Origin: a virus
IMG/VR virus record: IMGVR_UViG_3300032287_003869
Coordinates: 27,810 to 91,809 of that record
Reading direction: 5' to 3' (one strand)
DNA: 64,000 bases
Shown here: positions 1 to 8,874 of the stretch, piece after piece
Numbering within the stretch: the first letter of the stretch is position 1
How the letters are laid out: each line of letters begins with the position of its first letter
Notes under the pieces: generated by a model
The model's database searches: none
What the model saw: only the letters and a program-made list of their open reading frames with translations
What the model was told of the DNA's origin: nothing
Position numbers and translations under genes: made by a program

Positions 1-282
1 GTCTCGGCATCTTTTGGCTTCTTGATGGTGATCAAATATTTGAACATTTTTTTCATCTATCAAGTGCATTATAGGACAAGTATCTAATGCTACAAAATAA
101 ATTTCATCGTAATCTTCCAATTTATTTTTTAAAAGCCATCTTGAAATATCGCTTTTCATATTCAGATGGTTTGTCATCGTGTATGAAGGTGTATTCCAAA
201 GATACCAGTGCAATAGCAAATAACACGCCGATCCATCCAAGTCGGAATGAATAAAGACATGTATTTTTTTATTGTTTTGCAT
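1..282 (-). CDS. DHH-family phosphoesterase (partial, runs off window start)
   Basis: Manual translation from ATG at 282: MQNNKKIHVFIHSDLDGSAC...VQIFDHHQ; HxDxDG and DHH motifs. Not in the ORF track. Confidence 0.8.
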   Translation of the reverse strand, partial: MQNNKKIHVFIHSDLDGSACYLLLHWYLWNTPSYTMTNHLNMKSDISRWLLKNKLEDYDEIYFVALDTCPIMHLIDEKNVQIFDHHQEAKRCRD

Positions 283-307
283 TGTCCATTAATTTATTGC
301 AATTACA

Positions 308-1645
308 CTAATCTTCAAGTGCTTTTATTGATTTATTGAAATCTGCCAATTCTTCAGTGTCATTTTGAATGTCTTCCTCTTCCAAGGTCAATGTTGTATA
401 ATCTATCTTCAGAACGGTAGATCCGAAATTTGGGCCAAATCGATTTTTCGCAATACCCATATTGATATATCCGTTTTCTTTATCTTCATCGCTTTGCCAA
501 ATATTAAAAATACAGTCAGCTGTATTTGCCAAGCTGATTCCCTCCGATATTTTATCCAAGCTGGGGTCTTCTTCGGAGAAACCGGATCTTGTTATCTGGG
601 AGGCACTTATGATTGGAACATTGTATGTATAGGAAATCGCTCTTAGTTGTTCAGATATGTGTTTAATTCGTTCATACATTGTTGTTCCACTTGAACTACT
701 CATCAAATTTAAGTAATCCAATACAAGGCAATCTACCTTTATTCCTCTCTGTTGGAGTTTTTTCAAATATGCTCCAACTTGGAATGGCGAAATTGTCGAT
801 GGCGGAAATTCTTTAATTAAAATTTTAGCTTCTTTGTTTCTTTTCTTAATGTCGGTCAATTGATCTTTCAGGTTGTTGAAATCTGTTTTGAGTTCAAACA
901 TTGGAATCTTGGTGAGTTTTGATGCAAATCTCATACCATACATGATTTCAGACATTTCCAAAGAAATTACAAGGGCGGTTTTGCCTTGCATGGCGACATT
1001 TGCCGCAATATTTCCCAAGAAAATGGATTTACCAACATTTGTCTGCCCAATGAAAATATACAATGCCTTTCCGTTTTCCAAAAAACCGCCGCCAATCTTG
1101 TTGTCCAGCCATTTCCAACCACTTGAAATTTTGCTTTCATTCTTTGAAAGCTCTGAAATAAAATTATCAACGTCTTCCAAAAGATTAAGACCCATCGATG
1201 ATGATAAATTGATTCCGACAGCTTGCTCCATCTTCATCAACAATTCAGCCGCATCCAATTTTCCATTATCGTGACTATTAGCCGCTTCCAACAATGTGTT
1301 GAATACGGATTTCTGTTTCAGAAAAGTCTCGGTATTTTCGAACAATTCTTCACGATTGAACTTTGTTCCATCTAAATCCTGCATTTTAATCAAAACGTTC
1401 TTATACGAATCCTTCAACTTCGGATCACTCAAATACGTTTTAATTTCACTTAAAGTAGGAACTTCATTTCTTTTAAGATAAAAGTCACGAATAATACCTA
1501 TGGTGGATTTGATGTCCTTATCGGAAAACAAATCCTCCTTTAGATAATCTATAACGGAACCCAAATATCCCTCATCGAATATGCAGTTATATACGATGAC
1601 TTTTTCATAAAAATCCAGATCTAGTTTTGCAGTTTTTTCGTCCAT
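308..1645 (-). CDS. gp41: T4 gp41-like replicative DNA helicase (DnaB family)
   Basis: Walker A GQTNVGKS, ISLEMSE, LDYLNLM, SASQITR, KNRFG motifs; T4-like replication context. Confidence 0.93.
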   Translation of the reverse strand: MDEKTAKLDLDFYEKVIVYNCIFDEGYLGSVIDYLKEDLFSDKDIKSTIGIIRDFYLKRNEVPTLSEIKTYLSDPKLKDSYKNVLIKMQDLDGTKFNREELFENTETFLKQKSVFNTLLEAANSHDNGKLDAAELLMKMEQAVGINLSSSMGLNLLEDVDNFISELSKNESKISSGWKWLDNKIGGGFLENGKALYIFIGQTNVGKSIFLGNIAANVAMQGKTALVISLEMSEIMYGMRFASKLTKIPMFELKTDFNNLKDQLTDIKKRNKEAKILIKEFPPSTISPFQVGAYLKKLQQRGIKVDCLVLDYLNLMSSSSGTTMYERIKHISEQLRAISYTYNVPIISASQITRSGFSEEDPSLDKISEGISLANTADCIFNIWQSDEDKENGYINMGIAKNRFGPNFGSTVLKIDYTTLTLEEEDIQNDTEELADFNKSIKALED

Positions 1646-2310
1646 TTGTTTTTAAAGTATTCGTTTGATTCGTTCCAGTCTTTTGTGAATTCTCGAAGAC
1701 CTGGTGAGCTATGATCCAGCAATATTGGCCAAGTTCCTATCTTCAATTTGTTCATATTGCAAGACATGGAAAAGTCCATATCGTAATGGTGGAACATAAA
1801 TTTTTCATCAAATCTCGTATTGGTTTCTAAAACTCTTTTAGAGTTTATTGCAATAAAAACACCATCAATTATAGCAACCCTGCTAGGGGATGGTCCAAAA
1901 ACAGTCAATAAAAGTTCATTTCCAGTACCTTCCCAAGTGTGTCCAGCAAAACCTCTTAAATCCTTCCTGTCAGCCATCAAATGCCAAAGGTTTTGATTCT
2001 TTATTTGAGGGTTAATACATCCAGCCACCCCCAAAACATCGAACTTCTCCATTCCTTTCTCTATTTGATATGCTATATCCATGTTTATGAATTCCACGTC
2101 ATCGTGAACGAAGATCATATAATCGCATACGTTCGCATAGGTGTCAATACATTCGTTGTAATATTGCGACAGCCCAACTTTCGTATTGTTGTGTTTTAAT
2201 TTCAATTCAATTTTAATTTCAGAGTGCTTATTAAGCTCTTTAAAACTTTTGAAAATTTTAGTTTGACAAGGATCTGTTTTCTTTGATAGACTGCAAGCAA
2301 CAATATTCAC
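1621..2310 (-). CDS. GT-A fold (GT2-like) glycosyltransferase
   Basis: YMIFVHDDV (DxD-like), IIDGVFIA, FDEKF.FHHYDMDFS motifs; overlaps the gp41 start. Confidence 0.75.
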   Translation of the reverse strand: MNIVACSLSKKTDPCQTKIFKSFKELNKHSEIKIELKLKHNNTKVGLSQYYNECIDTYANVCDYMIFVHDDVEFINMDIAYQIEKGMEKFDVLGVAGCINPQIKNQNLWHLMADRKDLRGFAGHTWEGTGNELLLTVFGPSPSRVAIIDGVFIAINSKRVLETNTRFDEKFMFHHYDMDFSMSCNMNKLKIGTWPILLDHSSPGLREFTKDWNESNEYFKNKWTKKLQN

Positions 2311-2316
2311 ACGATT

Positions 2317-2344
2317 ATTGTAACAGAAAAACTAAATAATTCAA
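2317..2344 (-). promoter_or_regulatory. Sigma70-type promoter TTGAAT-N16-TACAAT with a plus-strand late motif TAAATA (2333-2338) in its spacer
   Basis: Direct sequence; the -10 element lies 6 nt before the GTG at 2310. Confidence 0.65.
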
Positions 2345-2349
2345 CAACT

Positions 2350-3021
2350 ATGAAAGATAAAGATCAAGTAGCTATATTCGAATCCTATAGAGAAGACATC
2401 CTCAACAAGTTTAAAAAGAGCTTGGAAGGAAACAACGAGCCAGAAATGGAACAAGAACCAATTGAAAACGATCCTTCGGACGAGGTTCCTGATTCGGTAT
2501 CAGATGAAGATTCCGACATGGATGATATTGGTGAAATCGAACTTCCTAAAAAGAAAAACGTAATTGTTCGTTCACAAGAAATTGGAATTCAAATGCATCC
2601 TCAGCTTAGAGAAATTTTAAGACATCTTCCGGATACTATTGAAGACGTTGATGTTCTTTCATCTATTAAAGATGCTATCAAGGAAGTGAATGCTGACTTG
2701 GCAGATGAAGACCATATAAAAGATTCCCCTCTTTCAATTTATGATGATTTAATTAATTCTGGAATTTATTCCGAAGAAGAAGTTGATTCAGATGATTTGG
2801 AAGACAAAGAAATTGACGTTCTTCAAAGCATGGAAGACGATGACTACTCAGACGATTCCGATATTGAGAACGAATTCGATCTTAGTAAGAAAACTCGTAG
2901 GGAAAGAGAAGATTTTCGTTCTGGAATGAGGGGCGATGTTGAGAGATCAAAGGCTGAGGATTACCTTCGCCAAATGGGTGTCGATTGGGAGGATCGTGGT
3001 CTTCCTGAAAACGATTACTAA
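2350..3021 (+). CDS. Highly acidic late protein, putative head-internal/core protein
   Basis: D/E-rich; N-terminus MKDKDQVAIFESY; upstream TAAATA. Confidence 0.55.
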   Translation: MKDKDQVAIFESYREDILNKFKKSLEGNNEPEMEQEPIENDPSDEVPDSVSDEDSDMDDIGEIELPKKKNVIVRSQEIGIQMHPQLREILRHLPDTIEDVDVLSSIKDAIKEVNADLADEDHIKDSPLSIYDDLINSGIYSEEEVDSDDLEDKEIDVLQSMEDDDYSDDSDIENEFDLSKKTRREREDFRSGMRGDVERSKAEDYLRQMGVDWEDRGLPENDY

Positions 3022-3659
3022 TTAATCGAGCAATCGCAAGAGGCTACATTTGTAATTCCCTCTTTCGTTAACAAATACAATTCACCATCTTCGAGGGGTT
3101 CCGACCCCTCGAATTTTGTTGTAGAGAAAGTATTTTCGTAAATATCCGCATACAGATCGGTATTGCATTTAAACAAAAATGTATTTCTGCTGTCCAAATC
3201 ATGTATCCACATTGCATAGCTTCCTTCCATTAAGGAAACTGCTTGTTCTATAACATGAACATCGCTACCATCTCCTTCTGTTTGTTCATATACAAAATTC
3301 AACAAAGCAAACAATACTCTGCTGTTTAACGTTGGATCAGATATAGAACCTTTAAAGTCTTCTATTACTTCCTTTTTATTGGTTATATTTCCTATGCAGG
3401 AAACTATCCACTTGTTACTTATAAGAGGATTCATTGAATCTGAATCAAACTCTTTTGTTCTTTTCTCGCTGATTCCTAAAAATGTATTATATTTCCTTCT
3501 AGGAAATTTGAAATCCTCAGCTAAAACATGAACTTTATATATGTCGAATAAATCATCCCTCAAAAGAAGCATAGAATTGTTTTTTTTAACTTTCCCACTA
3601 TTCAGCTTCTGAAGTTCTAGGAACTTTGATTTATTATTCGACCCGTATATAGTGTTCAT
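3018..3659 (-). CDS. Degenerate class II glutamine amidotransferase (Ntn-fold)-like protein
   Basis: NPLISNKWIVSCIGNITN and MEGSYAMWIHD resemble GATase-II segments; no N-terminal Cys. Confidence 0.5.
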   Translation of the reverse strand: MNTIYGSNNKSKFLELQKLNSGKVKKNNSMLLLRDDLFDIYKVHVLAEDFKFPRRKYNTFLGISEKRTKEFDSDSMNPLISNKWIVSCIGNITNKKEVIEDFKGSISDPTLNSRVLFALLNFVYEQTEGDGSDVHVIEQAVSLMEGSYAMWIHDLDSRNTFLFKCNTDLYADIYENTFSTTKFEGSEPLEDGELYLLTKEGITNVASCDCSIN

Positions 3660-4915
3660 TTTCCAAATCCTACAATTCTATCGCTTTTTTCTTCTTCCTT
3701 ATAAAATTTATTATCATCATTGATGTTGTAAATCTCACTCAATGACATTGGTTCTTTAATGGATTCTATTTGGGAATCCTTGAATTTCAAAGAATTGGCT
3801 AATTTTTTAGAGTCTTCTATCGAGAGTTTATCAAACTTATAGTCTGCCATTGTTCTACCCTTTCTTCTTAAAGCCTTATCGATTTTAGTCTCATCGCAGT
3901 TATATGTGATAATAATGGAAGCTTGAATCATGTCTGAAAGTATACCGTCAGATAGATTCAAAATTGTTGAAATGTACTCGTTATCCTGTCTTTCTCTGGA
4001 AATCAATATTTTTTCAGCATCTTCCAAGATAATTACACATTTCTTTCTTTTTACTAAAATTGAAAAAATGTCAGGATCGGATATGAATTTTTCGATAAAA
4101 CTTGTTGGAATAAAAATAAATTCCTTATTGATAACACTTGTTAGATATTTCACGAAACTACTCTTCCCTGTACCTGGATCTCCGTGAAACATATAAAGTC
4201 CTTTATTATTCGCTTTCAGTTTGTGTATAATTTTATCATACACTGGTTTGAATTTTTGCCCATAGTTTAACTCCAAATCAATCTTCGGAACCTTAATATC
4301 TAGCGGTTCGAAGTCATACTCCCCATATTGATTTTTCATCAACACAGAAACGAAGTTTCTTTCCGAACATTCTATTTTAAATTTCTCCAAAAATTTGAAC
4401 TCATCCATGAATTCCTTTGAAATGAATTTATAACTAGGATAATGAATCGTTATATTGATCTTCGAATTGTTTTCATCTATCTTTTTTAGATTTTCATCCT
4501 TTTCATCTGACGTTTCTGGACTGTATCTATGAGTTTCTGGCATCAAAAACTCATAATCATCATCCCCTTGGAATGTTGATTCCTTTTCGCTCCTTTCGTT
4601 CAACCCCAATATTATGATATATTCGTTGTGATAAAAATAAAAATTGGGTTTTTTTCTCTTACATACATGATTCAAAATATTTTTGAAGTCCAATTTTTTC
4701 TTTAAAGAATCAACTGACATTGAAAAACCAGAATGATACATAAATGTAAAATTCTTAAAACAATACTCTAAAAGAGAAAGATCGAATGATTCTGAAAAAT
4801 TTACACTAGAACATTCGGTATTATAAAGTTTTTCATAAAATCTTTTTACATTAAAATTATGCTGATGTGGATCAGATGCATGTAAATCTAATTCTTTTAT
4901 TTCTAATGTTTTCAT
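3656..4915 (-). CDS. AAA+ ATPase
   Basis: Walker A GDPGTGKS, Walker B IILEDAE, SRH-like IDKALRRKGR. Confidence 0.88.
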   Translation of the reverse strand: MKTLEIKELDLHASDPHQHNFNVKRFYEKLYNTECSSVNFSESFDLSLLEYCFKNFTFMYHSGFSMSVDSLKKKLDFKNILNHVCKRKKPNFYFYHNEYIIILGLNERSEKESTFQGDDDYEFLMPETHRYSPETSDEKDENLKKIDENNSKINITIHYPSYKFISKEFMDEFKFLEKFKIECSERNFVSVLMKNQYGEYDFEPLDIKVPKIDLELNYGQKFKPVYDKIIHKLKANNKGLYMFHGDPGTGKSSFVKYLTSVINKEFIFIPTSFIEKFISDPDIFSILVKRKKCVIILEDAEKILISRERQDNEYISTILNLSDGILSDMIQASIIITYNCDETKIDKALRRKGRTMADYKFDKLSIEDSKKLANSLKFKDSQIESIKEPMSLSEIYNINDDNKFYKEEEKSDRIVGFGK

Positions 4916-4919
4916 TTTT

Positions 4920-5558
4920 TCAATTCCAATTTAGTGCTTTTGATATATTTGGGAAGTTCAATTTAAATATTTTTTGAATTTCTACCGCTATATTTCTATG
5001 TTCTTTTTGAGTGTCTTGTTTTGTTCTGAGTTGCAAGTAGTGTATAAAACTACGGATGTTGCCTGACATGTAAAGAGTTGTTTGAGCGCATAAAGGCAAA
5101 ACCATTCTTGCACATTCTTTAGCCACGCCTTCCCTAAGAAGCTTTTCGTATGTTTTAATAGAAAAATCAATAGCATATTTTGCAGCATTGTTTAAAACAA
5201 CATCAGCCATTACTTCTTCACTGCTTTGTCTGTTTTTTATCTCTTGTTTTCTTAGCTCAAGATTCTCCATTTCTGTCGTTTCCGAATACCTCTGAGAGAA
5301 CTCTTGAAAATTAAAACTTTTATGCCTAAGTACTTGAGCGGCAATAGCTCTCGATGTTTTAATTTCAACGGTCATACTAGCCTGTTCAAATATAGACCAA
5401 TGACCATGATCTATGCAATATTTCAATAATTTAGGAGCAGTTTCCGTGTTGAGTTGATTGCTGGGATTGGATACTCTGGCGCAGTATCCAATTAAATCCT
5501 CAGCTGTTTTCAACCCTTCAATTTCAGGTTTTGTTATAGAAATTAGTTTAACAGTCAT
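4920..5558 (-). CDS. thyX: FAD-dependent thymidylate synthase ThyX
   Basis: RHKSFNFQEFSQRY signature and HWSIFE; start reassigned to MTVKLIS at 5558. Confidence 0.95.
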   Translation of the reverse strand: MTVKLISITKPEIEGLKTAEDLIGYCARVSNPSNQLNTETAPKLLKYCIDHGHWSIFEQASMTVEIKTSRAIAAQVLRHKSFNFQEFSQRYSETTEMENLELRKQEIKNRQSSEEVMADVVLNNAAKYAIDFSIKTYEKLLREGVAKECARMVLPLCAQTTLYMSGNIRSFIHYLQLRTKQDTQKEHRNIAVEIQKIFKLNFPNISKALNWN

Positions 5559-5880
5559 ATGGCTTGGCGAATCCCTCTTTAACCAAAAGATCATTCACAT
5601 TTTTACCATCAACGGAAACTATACCCAACCAACGACCATATTTTTCCTTTTTGTCTTTGATTGTTTCTAGAATGATTTCCTTATTGATGGTTAATTCGCT
5701 CAAACGATCTCTACTAGTGAATCCAAGTGATCTAAATTCACCTTTTAATTCTGGTGCATTGATACCATAGAGTCTGATAATTTGATCTTTTAACCAAACG
5801 CCAAAACCCAAATCAATATCTACAGTGAAGGTGTCGCCATCGTGAACCGATTTCACGATGGCTCTATAATTATATTTCAA
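5548..5880 (-). CDS. Thermonuclease (SNase-like)
   Basis: VHDGDTF, IRLYGINAPE, KYGRWLG motifs. Confidence 0.88.
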   Translation of the reverse strand: MKYNYRAIVKSVHDGDTFTVDIDLGFGVWLKDQIIRLYGINAPELKGEFRSLGFTSRDRLSELTINKEIILETIKDKKEKYGRWLGIVSVDGKNVNDLLVKEGFAKPYDC

Positions 5881-6113
5881 TCAGCCTCCTCTTGTGTTTG
5901 AGGAGATTTCTTTCTTTGGTTTCTTTCTTGCTTCTGAGCTTTAACGGCCCTCTTCTGATCTTCAGAAAGAATCCCAAGAATATCTTCCCTCCAAGTTCTA
6001 TTGGCTTCCTTTCGAGAAAGGGTAGTACTTCCTTTGGGTGCTACTCTTTTTAGTTGTTCTCTGATCTCCTGCATGATAGGAGACTTAATTGATTTCCACG
6101 TTGCTAGGTTCAT
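5877..6113 (-). CDS. Small basic hypothetical protein
   Basis: 78-aa ORF tightly packed in the operon. Confidence 0.55.
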   Translation of the reverse strand: MNLATWKSIKSPIMQEIREQLKRVAPKGSTTLSRKEANRTWREDILGILSEDQKRAVKAQKQERNQRKKSPQTQEEAD

Positions 6114-6116
6114 ATG

Positions 6117-6809
6117 TTATTCATTTTCCTTTTCTGTTGAGTTTTCATTTTTAAATGCTAGTTCTTTTTGTAATTTTTCATCCAGCACAGGAAGAATCTT
6201 TTCCCATACTTCGTTGTTATCTCTAAATTCTTTATAAAATCCAAGACTTTCACCGTTAAAAGCATAACGATGTCCTTGTTTTTCCAAAACACCATATGCT
6301 TCGGCCATTTCCAATAAACCAGAATACTTTGCTAGACCAGTTTTGAAATTCAAATATAATTCTGTCTCTAGGAATGGTGTCACGAATCGATTCTTTGTGG
6401 TTAGAAATCGTAATGTAAGTCCATTGACATCTTTGGACATTGAAGTGGATTCTTCCACTGCATTCTTGTTGTCCAACTTCGATGCTTTCTCTTGCTTCAT
6501 TGACATTTGAACAAGAACGCTAGACATGTACAGAGGACCAGAACCTCCAGCTTGGCTTTTTACAAGTGTGGGATATAGGGCGCCTGGATTATCATATGTA
6601 TGGTTAGAAAACAATACAGGACAATTTGCCTTGGATGCTGAGTGTGTAATGGCCCTCAACATGCTTTTACAATTGTGGCTTATTATTTTATCGTCTGTTA
6701 TGCAAAAAGTTTCATCTTCATCTACTGTAATATCTATTAGATTTTTATCCTCAATGATATTTTCTATTTCTAGAATTTCAATTTCTTCGTAGTTATTTTC
6801 AATGTACAT
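6117..6809 (-). CDS. uvsX: Split-intein C-fragment (46 aa) fused to the C-terminal half of UvsX/RecA-like recombinase
   Basis: ...IDITVDEDETFC...ISHN|CKSMLR: His-Asn then +1 Cys; the extein has FSNHTY, GGSG and KNRF recombinase motifs. Confidence 0.92.
   Translation of the reverse strand: MYIENNYEEIEILEIENIIEDKNLIDITVDEDETFCITDDKIISHNCKSMLRAITHSASKANCPVLFSNHTYDNPGALYPTLVKSQAGGSGPLYMSSVLVQMSMKQEKASKLDNKNAVEESTSMSKDVNGLTLRFLTTKNRFVTPFLETELYLNFKTGLAKYSGLLEMAEAYGVLEKQGHRYAFNGESLGFYKEFRDNNEVWEKILPVLDEKLQKELAFKNENSTEKENE
6672..6809 (-). mobile_element. Split intein, IntC
   Basis: Block F/G-like sequence ending HN; the next codon (6671) is TGT. Confidence 0.9.
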
Positions 6810-7899
6810 ATGTTTTTATTTCTTTGTTATTTTTGATTATATTGATGTTTTGAACTATGTCAAGTATTAGTTTTTCTTCGTTTTCTTTAAATGATTTTTC
6901 CCAAACAATTATTACTGGTAGTTTTAATTCGCTCTTCAATTCTTCTATTCTGTAATTATCTTTTTCCCATTTTTCTTTCACTAAAATTTTACTGTAACTT
7001 ATGCCTATAATGTCATCTGCTTTATATATTTCCGGATTACCGTGCCAAAAATCACCATAAAATTCAATAATGACCAAATCTTTTATTAAAAGATCCATGT
7101 GATATTTCCAATGCGGATTTTCTCTAATATATTCGTTTTCTTGTAAATTTAATACAGTTATAAGTTTAGATATAAACTTTTTTGCTATTTTACTATTACC
7201 GTCAAAATCAGTTCTCCCAAATAAACCGGACGATCCTTTTTTATTGTATGCCTTCATTCTATTATCAGTCCACTCTTTCCATTTTTCAGAAGATAATTGA
7301 TTCAAAGTGTCCAATCTATTTTTAACCATTTTTTCTAAAATTTCTGGAACTTTTGTATTATGAGGAACTCCCAATTTTCTCATATATGTATTTTTGGTTT
7401 TTTCGTAAAATACTTCTTTATAATTTTCTCCATATCTTTCTGTCAATATTTGGTTTTTATTTTTAATAACATTTGGATCCATTATAACAAACTCAAAACC
7501 ATACTTTTCTAAACATGTTTTTTTTCTTTTTTCTAGACCATTTTTAGAATTTTCTGAACTTGTGCAAGTTAAACACATTTTGCTAAAATGCGAAGATGGT
7601 TTTAATTTTTCCGTATTTTCCGATAGTTTAAATGAAATTTGTTTCGATAATAAAGTTTTGCCCAAACTACGTCCGCATATATTGCATAATTTTTCAATTT
7701 CTATTTTTTCATGCCATTTAAAATTTAAAGAAACATCTTTACCCATATAATCGCAATACCATTTATATATTATTTGATTTTTAGGTTTTGATATAAAAGG
7801 TTTAACTTTTAAATTTTTAATCAAATTTAAATTATGTAAAGATTTTTCTGTCAATTTTACATTGTGTTTTTTAAAAAAATCTATGAATATATTTACCAT
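6799..7899 (-). CDS. Free-standing Vsr-like (EDxHD-type) homing endonuclease
   Basis: C-terminal DLLIKDLVIIEFYGDFWHGNP...VIIVWE; Cys pairs; T.LEKYG-type repeats; lies between the split-intein halves. Confidence 0.85.
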   Translation of the reverse strand: MVNIFIDFFKKHNVKLTEKSLHNLNLIKNLKVKPFISKPKNQIIYKWYCDYMGKDVSLNFKWHEKIEIEKLCNICGRSLGKTLLSKQISFKLSENTEKLKPSSHFSKMCLTCTSSENSKNGLEKRKKTCLEKYGFEFVIMDPNVIKNKNQILTERYGENYKEVFYEKTKNTYMRKLGVPHNTKVPEILEKMVKNRLDTLNQLSSEKWKEWTDNRMKAYNKKGSSGLFGRTDFDGNSKIAKKFISKLITVLNLQENEYIRENPHWKYHMDLLIKDLVIIEFYGDFWHGNPEIYKADDIIGISYSKILVKEKWEKDNYRIEELKSELKLPVIIVWEKSFKENEEKLILDIVQNINIIKNNKEIKTYVH

Positions 7900-7914
7900 A
7901 TATTCATATTTATA
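7882..7914 (-). promoter_or_regulatory. Late promoter TATAAATA (7914-7907) plus an 11-bp hairpin covering the endonuclease start codon
   Basis: Minus strand TATGAATATAT-GGTAA-ATATATTCATA is a perfect inverted repeat (7882-7908) spanning the ATG at 7899. Confidence 0.75.
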
Positions 7915-7931
7915 TCTTTTGCTCTAATTTT

Positions 7932-8219
7932 TTAGAGATTTGGCTCTATAATTTTCAATAATTTATCGGATGATTTTATATATTGAGCCTCGATATAAGA
8001 TAATTTTGAATTTCTTTTTACCAAAAGTTTATGATTTTTAGATAAAATAATTTCCGAATCTTTAGTTTTTATTTTAATATATTCCGAATGTTTTGTATCC
8101 CACTTATTCAAAACTTTTCTATATCGGCCCAAATGGGTCAATACCAAATCTCCAACATTTATATCTGATAATTTTTTAAAACCGTTTATAGTATAAATCA
8201 AAGTATTTGGACACAGGCA
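7932..8219 (-). mobile_element. Split intein, IntN
   Basis: Cys1 codon at 8219; block A CLxxxT; block B SxxH. Confidence 0.9.
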
Positions 8220-8786
8220 AGATAAAGCGCGGCTTCCCATATCTGCGCTATCTTTTTGATCTTCAATGACTTTCGCCTCTCTTGCTGAAATAAGATTACC
8301 CAAAGAATCAATGATAATCATGAACTTTCCTTGTAGTTTATTATCCACAATCGCCTTTAAAAATTTCACAATTTGATTTCTACAATCTTCAATGATTTCA
8401 ATTGGGCAATGTTTAATCTTACTCACATCACATCCCAACCTTTCAGCGGTATCCATGTCCAAGGCATTTTCAGTATCGAAATAAACAACATTGATTCCCT
8501 TCTTTTGAGCATTAGATGCGATCTTATTCAATATTAATGTTTTTCCGCAACCACTTGGCCCTGAAAAACCAGTAATTCTACCCATTGGAACCCCCTTGAA
8601 AGGAGATCCTGAGATAATCGAGTTAAGTGCATATGAACCAGTGCTGATCCATTCCTTTACAGTAGAAAGTGAATTCTCACTTAAAAATGTCGCCTCTGGG
8701 TTTAATTCCTCTAGGACTTTAAATGCATCCTTGATTGAACCAGTGTCGATGTTTTCTTCTTCGGTTTCTTTTTTTGTTCTAGCCAT
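7932..8786 (-). CDS. uvsX: N-terminal half of UvsX/RecA-like recombinase fused to split-intein N-fragment (95 aa)
   Basis: ISTGSYALN, GPSGCGKT, YFDTENA, IIDSLGNL, ADMGSRALS, then CLCPNTLI...VGDLVLT...SKNH intein blocks A/B. Confidence 0.93.
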   Translation of the reverse strand: MARTKKETEEENIDTGSIKDAFKVLEELNPEATFLSENSLSTVKEWISTGSYALNSIISGSPFKGVPMGRITGFSGPSGCGKTLILNKIASNAQKKGINVVYFDTENALDMDTAERLGCDVSKIKHCPIEIIEDCRNQIVKFLKAIVDNKLQGKFMIIIDSLGNLISAREAKVIEDQKDSADMGSRALSCLCPNTLIYTINGFKKLSDINVGDLVLTHLGRYRKVLNKWDTKHSEYIKIKTKDSEIILSKNHKLLVKRNSKLSYIEAQYIKSSDKLLKIIEPNL

Positions 8787-8803
8787 ACAACATATATATT
8801 AAC

Positions 8804-8840
8804 AAAAGATCCGCCAAAGTCAAACCTTGGCGGATCTTTT
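8804..8840 (-). terminator. Intrinsic terminator hairpin overlapping the uvsX promoter
   Basis: AAAAGATCCGCCAA-N9-TTGGCGGATCTTTT is a perfect inverted repeat with T tracts; TTGACT (8823-8818)-N16-TAATAT lies on the minus strand. Confidence 0.8.
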
Positions 8841-8874
8841 TTTGTATGTCAAACGAAATTATTTTTTTGAAATT

